The notes beneath the pieces were generated by a model. It was not told the origin of the DNA. It worked only from the letters and a program-made list of their open reading frames with translations, and searched no databases. A stretch of 64,000 nucleotides of DNA. Source: an uncultured Gemmatimonadaceae bacterium (GTDB lineage: Bacteria > Gemmatimonadota > Gemmatimonadetes > Gemmatimonadales > Gemmatimonadaceae). Positions 18,895-28,495 of the stretch are shown here, piece by piece (position 1 is the first letter of the stretch; the number at the start of each line of letters is the position of its first letter). The stretch spans positions 64,001-128,000 of the forward strand of contig CAWFQK010000004.1 of NCBI GenBank assembly GCA_963817955.1, in the 5' to 3' direction. The translations under genes and the position numbers were made by a program.

Positions 18895-21270
18895 ATGTCC
18901 AACGTCGCAAAGCTGAAGAAGCAGGCCGCCGAGTTCGAGCTCAAGAAGCAGCCCGAAAAGGCGATTGCTATCTACGTCAAGCTTCTCGAATCGTTCGACG
19001 AGCACGCCGACGAGCTCGACGTGGGACTGTTCAACCGCGTCGGCGACCTGATGTTGCGTCAGGGCAATGTCGCCGATGCCGTCGACTACTACGAGCGGGC
19101 CGTCGATCGCTACGCCGATACCGGCTTCGTGAACAATGCCATCGCGCTGTGCAACAAGATCCTCCGGCATTCGCCAGGGCGCGCGACGGTGTACTACACG
19201 CTCGGAAAGATCAGCGCGCAAAAAGGCTTCAAGATTGACGCGAAGGTCAACTTCCTCGAGTACGCCGACCGTATGCAGAAGGCCGGCAAAGTCGACGAAG
19301 CGTTCCGCGCATTGAAGGAGTTTGCCGATCTCTGCCCCGATCAGCACGAAATCCGTCTCATGCTCGCGGATCAGCTGACGAAGGCCGGCCGCATGGGCGA
19401 AGCGGTCGATCAGCTCCAAACGCTCTACGAGCGATACGATTCCGAGGGGCGCCTCGGGGAGGCGGCGGCGACGGCGGAACGCATGTGGGCCATCGATCCG
19501 TCAGCGGAGCCGCGCTCGTCGGCCGGCGGCACGCACAAGGCGCACGGCGGTGACCTGGTGTTCCTCGATCTCGATGAGGGACCGGCGCCATCGCAGCCGC
19601 ATCCGCAAGCAGTGATTCCGGCGGAGCCGGAGTTGCCGCCAGTGGCCGCGCCGCTCTCAGATGTCACCCGCATTGGCGACGACGTCATCGGCATCGAGAA
19701 GACGCCGTCATCGTCGCTCCTCGGGCTCGAGACAACCCGCCTGACACCGGACGATGCGACCATTGCGACGCCCACCGCGGGATCGCTCCTCGACATCGAG
19801 CCGTCGTCGGGCGCTGATTTTGATTTCGTTGTCCCGCCGGTCGAGGAGAAACCGTCACGCGAGACACCGCCCGAGCGGGGAACGCTGGATCTTGATCTCG
19901 CGTCATTGACGCTCGCCGGTCCGAGCACGCCGGCGAGCTCGCCGACGTACGCGCGCCCAACGCCGGGCACGGTACACGCTGCACTCGACGGTTTGCCGTT
20001 GATGGACCTCGACGTTTCGCCAGCCCCTGAGCTGCCGGCACCCCGTGTGTCGAGTCCGTTCGAGGAGATCGTGTTTGCAGAGGGCCTCGAGCTCATCGAG
20101 GGGATCTCCGATGCGACGACTGGCCCCGAGTTGCTCGATCTGAACGCGGAGAGCTTGACGCTCGACGACGACGAGGCACTGGTCATTCCGACTCCGTCGA
20201 TGTCACGGCGATCGACCATGGTCGCCGTGCACTCGGTGGAGATTCTCAAGGCGAGCGTGGAAGGCGAGCCGGAGAACTGGAGCCTCCGTCGTGAACTCGC
20301 CGAAGTGATGCTCGACGCGGGCGATCGCGATGGCGGCTTGCGCGAGCTCGAAGGAGCGATGGTCGGCGCGGAACGCTGCGGCGATCTCGGTCTCGCGTCC
20401 TCAATAGCGGAGGAGATCGCACGGCTCGAGCCGGAAGCGGTAAAGCACCATCAGAAGCGCGTCGAGTATGCGTTTCGCATCAACGACCACTCTCGGCTCA
20501 TCGAGGCCTACCTCGCGCTCGCCGACGCACTGTTGCGTTCCGATCAGGCCGACAAGGCGTGTACCGTCTATCAGCGAGTGCTGGATCTCGCGCCAGACGA
20601 TTTGCGTGCGCGTGCGGCCCTGGACACGATCGTTCTGGCGGCGCCGGAGTCCCCGCCGCCGCGCCCGACGGGCGTCGGCGCGCGCCGCGCATCTACCGCG
20701 CAAGCGCCGATCGCCGAACCGCCGATTCCCGAGCCGTCAAATGGTAGTTTCATTAACCTCGGTGACTGGTTGCGGGACGACCGAGGCCCGTTGGACACCC
20801 GCATGGTGGTCGCCGAGCAGGAGCCATCGGGCGACGAAGATGCGGACTTCGCCGACATGCTGCGGAAGTTCAAGCAGGGCGTCGCTGAAAACGTCGATGC
20901 GCAGGACTACCAGAGCCATTACGATCTGGCGATTGCCTACAAGGAGATGGGCCTGCTCGACGAGGCCATCGCGCAGTTTCAGAAGGCGCTCGGCAGTCCC
21001 TCGAATCATCTGCCGACGTACGAGGCGCTCGGCCAGTGCTTCCTCGACAAGGGCAAGTTCACGCTCGCGTCGTCGATCCTGGGCCGCGCGTTGAACGAGC
21101 CCGCGAGCGAGGACCAGCTCATCGGTGTGCTGTATCTCCTCGGCCGTGCGGCCGAGGCGCAGGGTCATCCCGACGAGGCGCTCGGTTATTATCAACGCGT
21201 CTTCGTCCTCGACATCCAGTTCCGTGACGTTGCGGAACGCCTCAACGAAGTGGAGCGGACTGCCCGATGA
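18895..21270 (+). CDS. Large multi-TPR protein with acidic linkers (SgmX-like architecture)
   Basis: Three TPR clusters; C-terminal HYDLAIAYKEMGLLDEAIAQFQ. Confidence 0.8.
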   Translation: MSNVAKLKKQAAEFELKKQPEKAIAIYVKLLESFDEHADELDVGLFNRVGDLMLRQGNVADAVDYYERAVDRYADTGFVNNAIALCNKILRHSPGRATVYYTLGKISAQKGFKIDAKVNFLEYADRMQKAGKVDEAFRALKEFADLCPDQHEIRLMLADQLTKAGRMGEAVDQLQTLYERYDSEGRLGEAAATAERMWAIDPSAEPRSSAGGTHKAHGGDLVFLDLDEGPAPSQPHPQAVIPAEPELPPVAAPLSDVTRIGDDVIGIEKTPSSSLLGLETTRLTPDDATIATPTAGSLLDIEPSSGADFDFVVPPVEEKPSRETPPERGTLDLDLASLTLAGPSTPASSPTYARPTPGTVHAALDGLPLMDLDVSPAPELPAPRVSSPFEEIVFAEGLELIEGISDATTGPELLDLNAESLTLDDDEALVIPTPSMSRRSTMVAVHSVEILKASVEGEPENWSLRRELAEVMLDAGDRDGGLRELEGAMVGAERCGDLGLASSIAEEIARLEPEAVKHHQKRVEYAFRINDHSRLIEAYLALADALLRSDQADKACTVYQRVLDLAPDDLRARAALDTIVLAAPESPPPRPTGVGARRASTAQAPIAEPPIPEPSNGSFINLGDWLRDDRGPLDTRMVVAEQEPSGDEDADFADMLRKFKQGVAENVDAQDYQSHYDLAIAYKEMGLLDEAIAQFQKALGSPSNHLPTYEALGQCFLDKGKFTLASSILGRALNEPASEDQLIGVLYLLGRAAEAQGHPDEALGYYQRVFVLDIQFRDVAERLNEVERTAR

Positions 21271-22274
21271 ATGCTGTGATCGCGCGCACGCGAGCACCTG
21301 CGACCAGCGCGCTGCGAGATATTCAGGCGCCCGTGCGCGAGCGGCTGGAAGAAGTCGTTGGCGAGATGCAGCGCGTCGTCACTGACGACCTGCCGCTCAT
21401 CCAGGCCGTCAGTGGACATCTGCTCCAGATGCGGGGCAAGATGTTCAGACCGACGCTTACGCTGTTGTCGAGCGCGGCGCTCGGCCGGCCGGAGCCGCGG
21501 GCGATCACGCTCGCCGCGACGATCGAGTTGATGCACCTCGCGACCCTGGTGCACGACGATTCTGTGGATCACTCGGTCCTCCGGCGCGGATTACCGACCG
21601 TGAACTCGTTGTTCAGCCACCAGGTGTCGGTCATCATGGGTGACTTCCTGTACACGCGCGCCTTGAAGGCGCTCGTGGGCATGGGCGACCTACCGATCAT
21701 GCAGATCGTATCCGGTGTGGCGAACGAGCTCACCATTGGCGAGATGCGACAGTTGGGTGCGGTCGACTCGCTGTCGTTTCCGGAAGAGGAGTACTATCAC
21801 CTCATTCGCGCCAAGACCGCGTCACTGATATCCGGTGCATGCGAGAGCGGGGCATTGTGTGGCGCGCCGGAGTTCCGCGGGGCGCTCAAGCAATACGGCG
21901 ATCTTCTTGGCATGGCGTTCCAGATCGCCGATGACATCCTGGACTACACGGCGGACCAGGCCGTAACTGGCAAGCCGAGCGGTCTCGACCTCCGGGAGCA
22001 CAAGGTCACCCTGCCTCTCATTGCCGCTCTGCGACGGGTCTCCGCGGCGGGCCGCGGGCGCATTGACGAACTGTTCGCGACGGAGTCGCCGTCCGATGAC
22101 CTCTTTGCCGACGTGATGGGCATCGTCACGGAGGCAGGGGGCATTGACTATGCGCGCCAGCGGGGCGACCAGTTCGCGAATGACGCTGATCAGGCCTTGC
22201 GTGTCCTTCCAGAGAGTCCGGTCCGGTCGGCCCTGGCCGACTCAATCGCTTACGTCATGGATCGGCGGTCCTAA
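21267..22274 (+). CDS. Polyprenyl diphosphate synthase (IspB-like)
   Basis: GKMFRP, LVHDDSVD..LRRG, FQIADDILD, GK..GLDLREHKVTLP. Confidence 0.93.
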   Translation: MNAVIARTRAPATSALRDIQAPVRERLEEVVGEMQRVVTDDLPLIQAVSGHLLQMRGKMFRPTLTLLSSAALGRPEPRAITLAATIELMHLATLVHDDSVDHSVLRRGLPTVNSLFSHQVSVIMGDFLYTRALKALVGMGDLPIMQIVSGVANELTIGEMRQLGAVDSLSFPEEEYYHLIRAKTASLISGACESGALCGAPEFRGALKQYGDLLGMAFQIADDILDYTADQAVTGKPSGLDLREHKVTLPLIAALRRVSAAGRGRIDELFATESPSDDLFADVMGIVTEAGGIDYARQRGDQFANDADQALRVLPESPVRSALADSIAYVMDRRS

Positions 22275-22555
22275 TGGCACCTCGTGGTTCATCCAGACAC
22301 CGGCCGGGGTTTCATGCTCTGGTCCTGGCTATTGGCTTTGTCGTGGGCGGCGTCATGCAACTGGCGGCGCGGAATCTGTTCCCCGCCGGCGCTGCGAAAC
22401 AGTTCCTCACCGCCGGCGTCACGCCATCACTGGGGCCAGTGTACGTCGATCTGGTGTTGATCAAGTTTGCTTTAGGGCCCGTCGCGCTGGATGTCTCGCT
22501 ACTGAGTCTGGTTGGTGTCTTGGTCGCGTACCTCATCGCGCGCTCGCTTTTCTGA
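22274..22555 (+). CDS. Small membrane protein (DUF4321-like)
   Basis: Two hydrophobic segments, GP..VDL..I.F motif; TAATG overlap with upstream gene. Confidence 0.7.
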   Translation: MAPRGSSRHRPGFHALVLAIGFVVGGVMQLAARNLFPAGAAKQFLTAGVTPSLGPVYVDLVLIKFALGPVALDVSLLSLVGVLVAYLIARSLF

Positions 22556-22860
22556 TGCGCTTCGCGACGCGTCGGTGTGAAGCATCCACCGGATGAGGCG
22601 GTAGGGAACGACGATCGGTGACATGGTGTAGCGTCGAGGTTCTGGTAGGCGACGCCAAATTGTAGAACACTCAACGTCTCGTCATGCGGTATTTCAAAGG
22701 CTGCTCAGGCCGCGGTCTTGGTCCCGCTGAGCCATCCGTAGCTATATCTTACGGGTGGCGGCGTCACGAAGCCCAATTCGCCGCGAGCGGACGCAGGCGT
22801 GGCCTCGAATCTCAACGCAGTGGCGCGTCGTAGGTGGCGGCGTGCCCCCGGAACCACTAG

Positions 22861-23655
22861 ATGGCACCTGAGCAAAAGGAACACTTGAGCGAGATGCCGT
22901 TCCTCGATCATCTCGAGGAACTTCGCTGGCGTATTCTGAAGAGCCTGCTGGCGATCGCGATCGCGTTCGCGTTCACGTTTTGGCTCTGCACGGCGTCTGG
23001 CGTGGACATTATCGGGATTGCCATTCAGCCGATTCAGCCGTATCTCCACGGGAAGAAACTCGTTATCATGGGTCCCGTCGAGAAATTCACGCTGCTCCTC
23101 CAAGCCGCCGGTGCCCTGGCATTGGTTATTGCCAGCCCCGTGGTGGGCTATCAGATCTGGGCCTTCCTCATGCCCGCGCTCACGACGAAGGAGCGGAGGG
23201 TGGTCATACCGGTTCTGATTGGTGCCGCGGCACTCTTCGCGGCGGGCATCGCGATGTCGGTGTTCATCTTTGTGCCGGTGACCATGGGCCTGATGGACAG
23301 GCTTCCAGGGGCATCACTCGATGTCATGCTCGTGGCGTCACAGTATTTCGGTTTTCTCTTCGCCGTATCGCTTGCGTTCGGCGCGATGTTCGAGCTCCCG
23401 ATTGCCATCCTCGCTCTGACGGCGCTCGGCCTCGTCACACCACAATTCCTGACCAAGTACCGGCGCCATGCGATCGTCGCCACGCTCGTCGTGTGCGAGA
23501 TCGTCACGCCGGGTGACTTCATCATCTCGACGTTGATGCTGTGGATTCCCGTCTATGCGTTGTACGAGCTCAGCATCATCGTCTCGCGGTTCGTCTATCG
23601 CGCGCGGATGAAGCGGGCGCTGCAGGACGAGAACGCAGGGGCGATTGCGGTGTGA
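22861..23655 (+). CDS. tatC: Twin-arginine translocase subunit TatC
   Basis: MPFLDHLEELRWRI, YQIWAFLMPAL..KER, FELP, TPGD, LYELSI. Confidence 0.96.
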   Translation: MAPEQKEHLSEMPFLDHLEELRWRILKSLLAIAIAFAFTFWLCTASGVDIIGIAIQPIQPYLHGKKLVIMGPVEKFTLLLQAAGALALVIASPVVGYQIWAFLMPALTTKERRVVIPVLIGAAALFAAGIAMSVFIFVPVTMGLMDRLPGASLDVMLVASQYFGFLFAVSLAFGAMFELPIAILALTALGLVTPQFLTKYRRHAIVATLVVCEIVTPGDFIISTLMLWIPVYALYELSIIVSRFVYRARMKRALQDENAGAIAV

Positions 23656-23855
23656 TGGGCAGGTAGCTTGCAGTGTGATGGCCGGTTATCAGGGGCTGAC
23701 AGGTGCGCCGGACATTTGTGCTGATCCGGCTCTAACGATAGATTTTGGTGTTATCAAGTTGGGACCGGGATCCTTCGCGCTCGGTGTGTCGATGCTGAGT
23801 TTCGCAGGGTCATGGTTGGCTAACCGATTATGCAGTCGCTTTTCAAGGAGATGGT

Positions 23856-24128
23856 ATGCCAGTGCTAGAAGCCTCGATCTTCGGTCCGATGGAAATCGGC
23901 CTCCTCATGGTGGTCGTGTTGCTGCTCTTTGGAGCCAAGCGAATCCCCGAAATCGCTGGTTCCTTCGGCAAGGGCATCAAGGAATTCAAGAGAAACATGG
24001 ATGACGTGCAGAAATCAATTGAAGCGCCGTTGAATTCGACGTCGACTCGGTCGGCGCTGCCGCCCTCGGACGTGGCCTCGATTCGCGAGGAAAGCGAGTC
24101 CACTCGGGAGCCGAAGCGATTGCTGTAG
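23856..24128 (+). CDS. tatA: Twin-arginine translocase subunit TatA
   Basis: LLLFGAKRIPEIAGSFGKGIKEFK. Confidence 0.95.
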   Translation: MPVLEASIFGPMEIGLLMVVVLLLFGAKRIPEIAGSFGKGIKEFKRNMDDVQKSIEAPLNSTSTRSALPPSDVASIREESESTREPKRLL

Positions 24129-24146
24129 GTCAGCATGGCCGCTCAG

Positions 24147-24191
24147 ACGAACGAAAGGGCGGGCCATCGAGTGGCCCGCCCTTTCGTTCGT
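24147..24191. terminator. Bidirectional terminator between convergent tatA and ppiD-like gene
   Basis: Perfect 20-bp stem ACGAACGAAAGGGCGGGCCA-tcgag-TGGCCCGCCCTTTCGTTCGT. Confidence 0.85.
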
Positions 24192-24210
24192 TGCGTGCCG
24201 GCGCGCGCGC

Positions 24211-26040
24211 TTACGTTTCCGTGCGTCGTGCTGCGGCGTTGATCTGCGTGCGGCGGTCGTCCACCTTCGCGGCCTTCCGCATGTCGTTCAGGAACATCTG
24301 GATCTTCTGCTGGCGGAGCTGCTGCAGACGCGTCGCCCTCTGCGCATCCTTCTGCGCCGCCCATGCCGAACTGTCCGACACCACGCGCTTGTCTACGCGG
24401 AGCACATACACGGCATCGTCGGTCTTCACTGGCTCGCTGACCGCGCCGGTCGGCAGTCCGAACGCCGCACCAATCGCCTCGTTGAACTGACCAATGCCCG
24501 GCACAACGGACGAGCGCGCGAACATCTGAGTCTGCTCGACTTTCTTGTTGGCCTGCTGCGCCGCAGCCTCGAGCGTACTGGTCGCCGCCATCGACGCAAG
24601 CTGCTTTGCTTGCGGCATCAGCTTGTCGAGTTGACGCTGCATTGCTATATGGGCTCGTACCTGCTCCTTCACGTTCTCGAACTTTGGCTCGCCGCCTTCA
24701 CGCAGCGTGTCGAGTCGGGCGAGATAGTAGCCGTTGTCGTCATCGTATAGGTCGCTGGTCTCGCCAGGCTTCGCCCCGCCGAACGCCCAGGCGCTCACAC
24801 TCGGAATCACGACGCCGTTCACCATAGCCGGCTCGCCTTCCGATACCTGGACCTTCGAGATCGTCAGGCCGAGCTTCTTGGCCGCGCTATCGAGTTTGCT
24901 GCCTTGCTCGCTCGCGGCCGCCATACGCGACAGCTGATCGGCTTCCTTGTCGATCCGCGTCGCGGTCGAATCGCTCGCCTGGATGCGCACCAAGATGTGG
25001 TGGAGCGACAGCGTGTCGCCCTTCTTGCTATCCACTCTAATGAGGTGAAATCCGAACGGTGTCAGGACGGGCTGTGACACTTCGCCCACCGGCAGTGCGT
25101 ACGCAGCCTTCTCGAACTCGGAGACGAAGCGGCCCTTGCCGCCCTTGCCGAGTTCGCCGCCGTTCCTTCCAGACACCGTGTCAGCCGACTCGCGCTTTGC
25201 GACATCCTCGAACTTCGCGCCCTTCACGATCTCGTCGCGAAGCTTGAGAGCGTGGTCACGCGCTGCCGCGGTATCCGCCGCCGTGGTCACGCGAGGAATC
25301 GTGACGAGCGACAGGACGGCCCGGCCCGAGCCTTGAAAATCCGCCTTGTGCTGATCGAAGTACGTCTTCAGGTCGGCATCGGAAATCGCGTTCGCGGCCG
25401 CCGCATCGAGTGTCGGAGTGAACGAGACGTAGCTGACCTGCGCACTATCGTGCTGGTCGCGCCAGGCGCGCCACAACTCCGCGTCGGTGACGTACACGCC
25501 CGACGCGATCTGGTCGAACAGCTTCTCTCGCGGAATCTCGGTGCGATAGTAGTTCTCCAGCGATACGAGCAGACCGCCCTGACGCGCCTGCGGGCTCGCC
25601 AGGAGCCGCTGGTACTTGTCGGGGTCGAAGCGCCCTTCCGTCTGAAGCTCTGGGGCCTGCGTGATCCACGGCGGCGGTGCGTATTGCGCGAATTCGCGCA
25701 CCTCGTCGTCCGTCACGACGATGTTGCGACGACGGTACTCGCCCTGCAGCAGGATGTTCGATACCATCTGATCGAAAACACTGTTCTCGATCCGGCGCGT
25801 ATCGTCCAGGGTTAGACTGCGCCCCTCCCGTTGCTGTGCCGCCTGGATCTCCTGCTGGACTTGGGCGGTGAATTGCTGGTAAGGGATATCTTGACCGTTG
25901 ACGACTGCCACCGCGGTGGTTGCCGTGACGGGGTTGCGGCCCATGAGGCCGGAGGTTTCATAGAGGAGGAAACCTCCGACGAATACCACGGCGACGAGCA
26001 CCCAGATGTACTTGGCCAAGCCCCGCATCTGTTGCAGCAC
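24211..26040 (-). CDS. PpiD/SurA-like membrane-anchored peptidylprolyl isomerase
   Basis: GTG start (MLQQMR), TM, VAVVNGQDI (SurA_N), parvulin FEDVAKRESAD..GGELG...EFEKAAY...TPFGFHLI. Confidence 0.88.
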   Translation of the reverse strand: MLQQMRGLAKYIWVLVAVVFVGGFLLYETSGLMGRNPVTATTAVAVVNGQDIPYQQFTAQVQQEIQAAQQREGRSLTLDDTRRIENSVFDQMVSNILLQGEYRRRNIVVTDDEVREFAQYAPPPWITQAPELQTEGRFDPDKYQRLLASPQARQGGLLVSLENYYRTEIPREKLFDQIASGVYVTDAELWRAWRDQHDSAQVSYVSFTPTLDAAAANAISDADLKTYFDQHKADFQGSGRAVLSLVTIPRVTTAADTAAARDHALKLRDEIVKGAKFEDVAKRESADTVSGRNGGELGKGGKGRFVSEFEKAAYALPVGEVSQPVLTPFGFHLIRVDSKKGDTLSLHHILVRIQASDSTATRIDKEADQLSRMAAASEQGSKLDSAAKKLGLTISKVQVSEGEPAMVNGVVIPSVSAWAFGGAKPGETSDLYDDDNGYYLARLDTLREGGEPKFENVKEQVRAHIAMQRQLDKLMPQAKQLASMAATSTLEAAAQQANKKVEQTQMFARSSVVPGIGQFNEAIGAAFGLPTGAVSEPVKTDDAVYVLRVDKRVVSDSSAWAAQKDAQRATRLQQLRQQKIQMFLNDMRKAAKVDDRRTQINAAARRTET

Positions 26041-26145
26041 GGGATGAAACTCCGTAGCGCTGGAGGGAAGGAATAAACCGACGAGCCAAGCTGGAGAAGT
26101 TAGGACCCGACATGGGCTAAAATCAAGTGATGGTGTGACTTCTGA

Positions 26146-26175
26146 TTGACTGTTCGCGTCAGCGCGGTGTATTAT
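26146..26175 (+). promoter_or_regulatory. Sigma70-type promoter for the TPR-aroQ operon
   Basis: TTGACT-18nt-TATTAT. Confidence 0.55.
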
Positions 26176-26234
26176 CCGCTTTCGTCCCGGTCCCGGGCTT
26201 CGGCCCTCATTCGCGATCCGCATCGAGGGCAACA

Positions 26235-28058
26235 ATGGCCAGTTCCGCGCGCATCGACGAGCTACGAAAAAAATTCGACGAGAACCCGCGGCGGTACTTC
26301 GCTCCCCTCGCCAACGAGTACCGCAAGGCCGGCGATCTCGAGCAGGCGATCTTCATTTGTCAGGAGTACCTGCCCCAGCAGCCGGGCCACATGAGCGGCC
26401 ACATCGTCTATGGTCAGGCCCTCTATGAAATGGGTCGCCACGACGAGGCCCGCGCGGTCTTCGAGACTGCCTTATCGCTCGATCCAGAGAATCTGATCGC
26501 TCTCCGGCACCTCGGTGACATTGCCCGCGAGTCTGGCGACACAGACAGCGCCCGCGTCTGGTATCAGCGTGTGCTCGAAGCTGATCCGCGCAATGAGGAG
26601 ATCGCTCAGATCATGATCTCGCTGCTCGCCTCTCCGGTCGAGCGTGCCTCGGCGGGCGATGCGGGTTTGCATGTCGAAAAATCCGAGGAATCCGAGATAC
26701 CCGCCGAGCCGAGCGTTTCGACGTCGAGCGGGCTGGCCGGCCCAGACTTCGAAGCCGTATCAGACTTCGATGCTCTATCAAATCTCGAAGCCGTATCAGA
26801 CTCCGAAGTCTTTCTAGACTCAGAAGCCGTACCGGTTTCGGACGGTGACGTCACCGAAGAGGACGCGTTGCCGATCGTGGCCTCAGCATCGGCTGCCCCT
26901 GAGGTCGATGACGGTCTCCTCGACTTCGGCGATTTCAGCATCGGCGGCCTCGGTGTTCCAGTGTCGGCCGGCGAGTCGGATGACGTGTTGGAACAGCCGT
27001 CAGCCGCCGACGCCGGCATCGACACGGCCAGCGAAGAAGAGCCGTTCGAGGCCGATCCGTTTGCAATCGCAGGCGCATCCTTACTGGGCGAGCCCGAGTC
27101 TCCGGACATGACGGAACCGCTGGCCAACACGGAGCCGCCTGTCGTCGAGTTCGCGACGGACCTTACCCTCGGATTAGCGGACGACTCGGCAACGGTCTCC
27201 AATGAGCCACCGCAGGACGCGCAGATCGACGGACTGGAAACCTTCGAGTCCGGATTCCCCACAGAGGAAGAGACCGTACCCGCATCGGCATTCGTTACGG
27301 AGACGATGGCTCAGCTCTACCTGGAGCAGGGGCATCTCGAGTCTGCAGTGGACATCTACCGTCAGCTCGTGGAGCAGCGTCCGGAGGATGCGCATCTCAG
27401 CGAGCGCCTGCGCACTCTCACAGAACAAGCGCACGGCGCGCCTGCGTCTGCTGCTGCCGGAGACAGCGTTCCCGAGGAGCCGGCGAGCGCCGGCGGACCG
27501 ACCATTCGCGAGTTCCTGAGTGAATTGGTCGCGCGCCGGCCCCTCAGCGTCGAGACACCCCTGCAAGTCGCGGACAGTGAGATGAGCGAAGGCTCGGTTG
27601 CGGCGGACACCCTGCTCACCGACATGCAGGTGGCGGTCGAGCTGGATACGGAACGCACGGCCGAGCCAGGATCCAGTCGTCCATCACCGTCGCCCTCGAG
27701 CGACACGGTGAGCGGGTCGATCGATGTCTTGTTCTCAGGCGCCGAGCGGTCAGTTTCAGATACACCGGCCGCAAGCACATTCGCCGAGGCGTTCGGGCCG
27801 AAGGACGCTGAAACGGAACCGTTGCAGGGGGTGCCGGCGCATCGGGCATCGAGCGAGTTGTCGCTCGACCATGTCTTCAAGGGCAACAAGCCGCCCAAGT
27901 CGGACGAGGATCCTGATGGCTTCTCGTTCGACCAGTTCTTCTCCGAAGATGCGACGGATTCCTCGAGGCCCGGTTCGGAAGGCGGCACGCAGGCGCAGGA
28001 ACCGACGGATGACATCGCGCAGTTCCACGCGTGGCTCAACGGACTCAAGAAAACGTGA
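26235..28058 (+). CDS. TPR protein with long acidic low-complexity linkers
   Basis: N-terminal TPRs (FAPLANEYRK), internal TETMAQLYLEQGH, C-terminal FHAWLNGLKK. Confidence 0.8.
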   Translation: MASSARIDELRKKFDENPRRYFAPLANEYRKAGDLEQAIFICQEYLPQQPGHMSGHIVYGQALYEMGRHDEARAVFETALSLDPENLIALRHLGDIARESGDTDSARVWYQRVLEADPRNEEIAQIMISLLASPVERASAGDAGLHVEKSEESEIPAEPSVSTSSGLAGPDFEAVSDFDALSNLEAVSDSEVFLDSEAVPVSDGDVTEEDALPIVASASAAPEVDDGLLDFGDFSIGGLGVPVSAGESDDVLEQPSAADAGIDTASEEEPFEADPFAIAGASLLGEPESPDMTEPLANTEPPVVEFATDLTLGLADDSATVSNEPPQDAQIDGLETFESGFPTEEETVPASAFVTETMAQLYLEQGHLESAVDIYRQLVEQRPEDAHLSERLRTLTEQAHGAPASAAAGDSVPEEPASAGGPTIREFLSELVARRPLSVETPLQVADSEMSEGSVAADTLLTDMQVAVELDTERTAEPGSSRPSPSPSSDTVSGSIDVLFSGAERSVSDTPAASTFAEAFGPKDAETEPLQGVPAHRASSELSLDHVFKGNKPPKSDEDPDGFSFDQFFSEDATDSSRPGSEGGTQAQEPTDDIAQFHAWLNGLKKT

Positions 28059-28495
28059 AGATTGCCATTCTGAATGGCCCCAATCTCAATTTGTTGGGAA
28101 CGCGCGAACCTGCACTCTACGGCCGCGAGACACTCGCGGATATCGAGGAGTCGCTGCGCTCCGTCGGCCGAGAGCTCGGCGCGGATCTGCAGTTTGCGCA
28201 ACACAATGGGGAAGGTGAGATCATCGACGCCATCCACGCGCTGCGCGGAGACGTGGACGGCATCGTGATCAACGCTGGCGCCTATACGCACAGCAGTCTG
28301 GCCATCCGCGACGCCCTGTCCGCCGTTGCGGTACCGTTCGTCGAGGTGCATCTCACGAACGTGTACGCGCGCGAAGCGGAGCGCCGGCATTCGATGCTTG
28401 CCCCCGCTGCCGTGGGTACGGTGTGCGGGCTGGGAGCGTATGGTTACGAGCTCGCGTTGCGCGGGTTGACTCGCACACTCACTGCCCGTGTCTGA
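28055..28495 (+). CDS. aroQ: Type II 3-dehydroquinate dehydratase
   Basis: LNGPNLNLLGTREPALYG, INAGAYTHSS, EVHLTNVYARE. Confidence 0.96.
   Translation: MKIAILNGPNLNLLGTREPALYGRETLADIEESLRSVGRELGADLQFAQHNGEGEIIDAIHALRGDVDGIVINAGAYTHSSLAIRDALSAVAVPFVEVHLTNVYAREAERRHSMLAPAAVGTVCGLGAYGYELALRGLTRTLTARV

Noticed and set aside
22556..22860. Gene or ncRNA in the 300-bp gap before tatC
   Set aside because: No convincing ORF or RNA motif; only a possible -10 (TATCTT near 22745)
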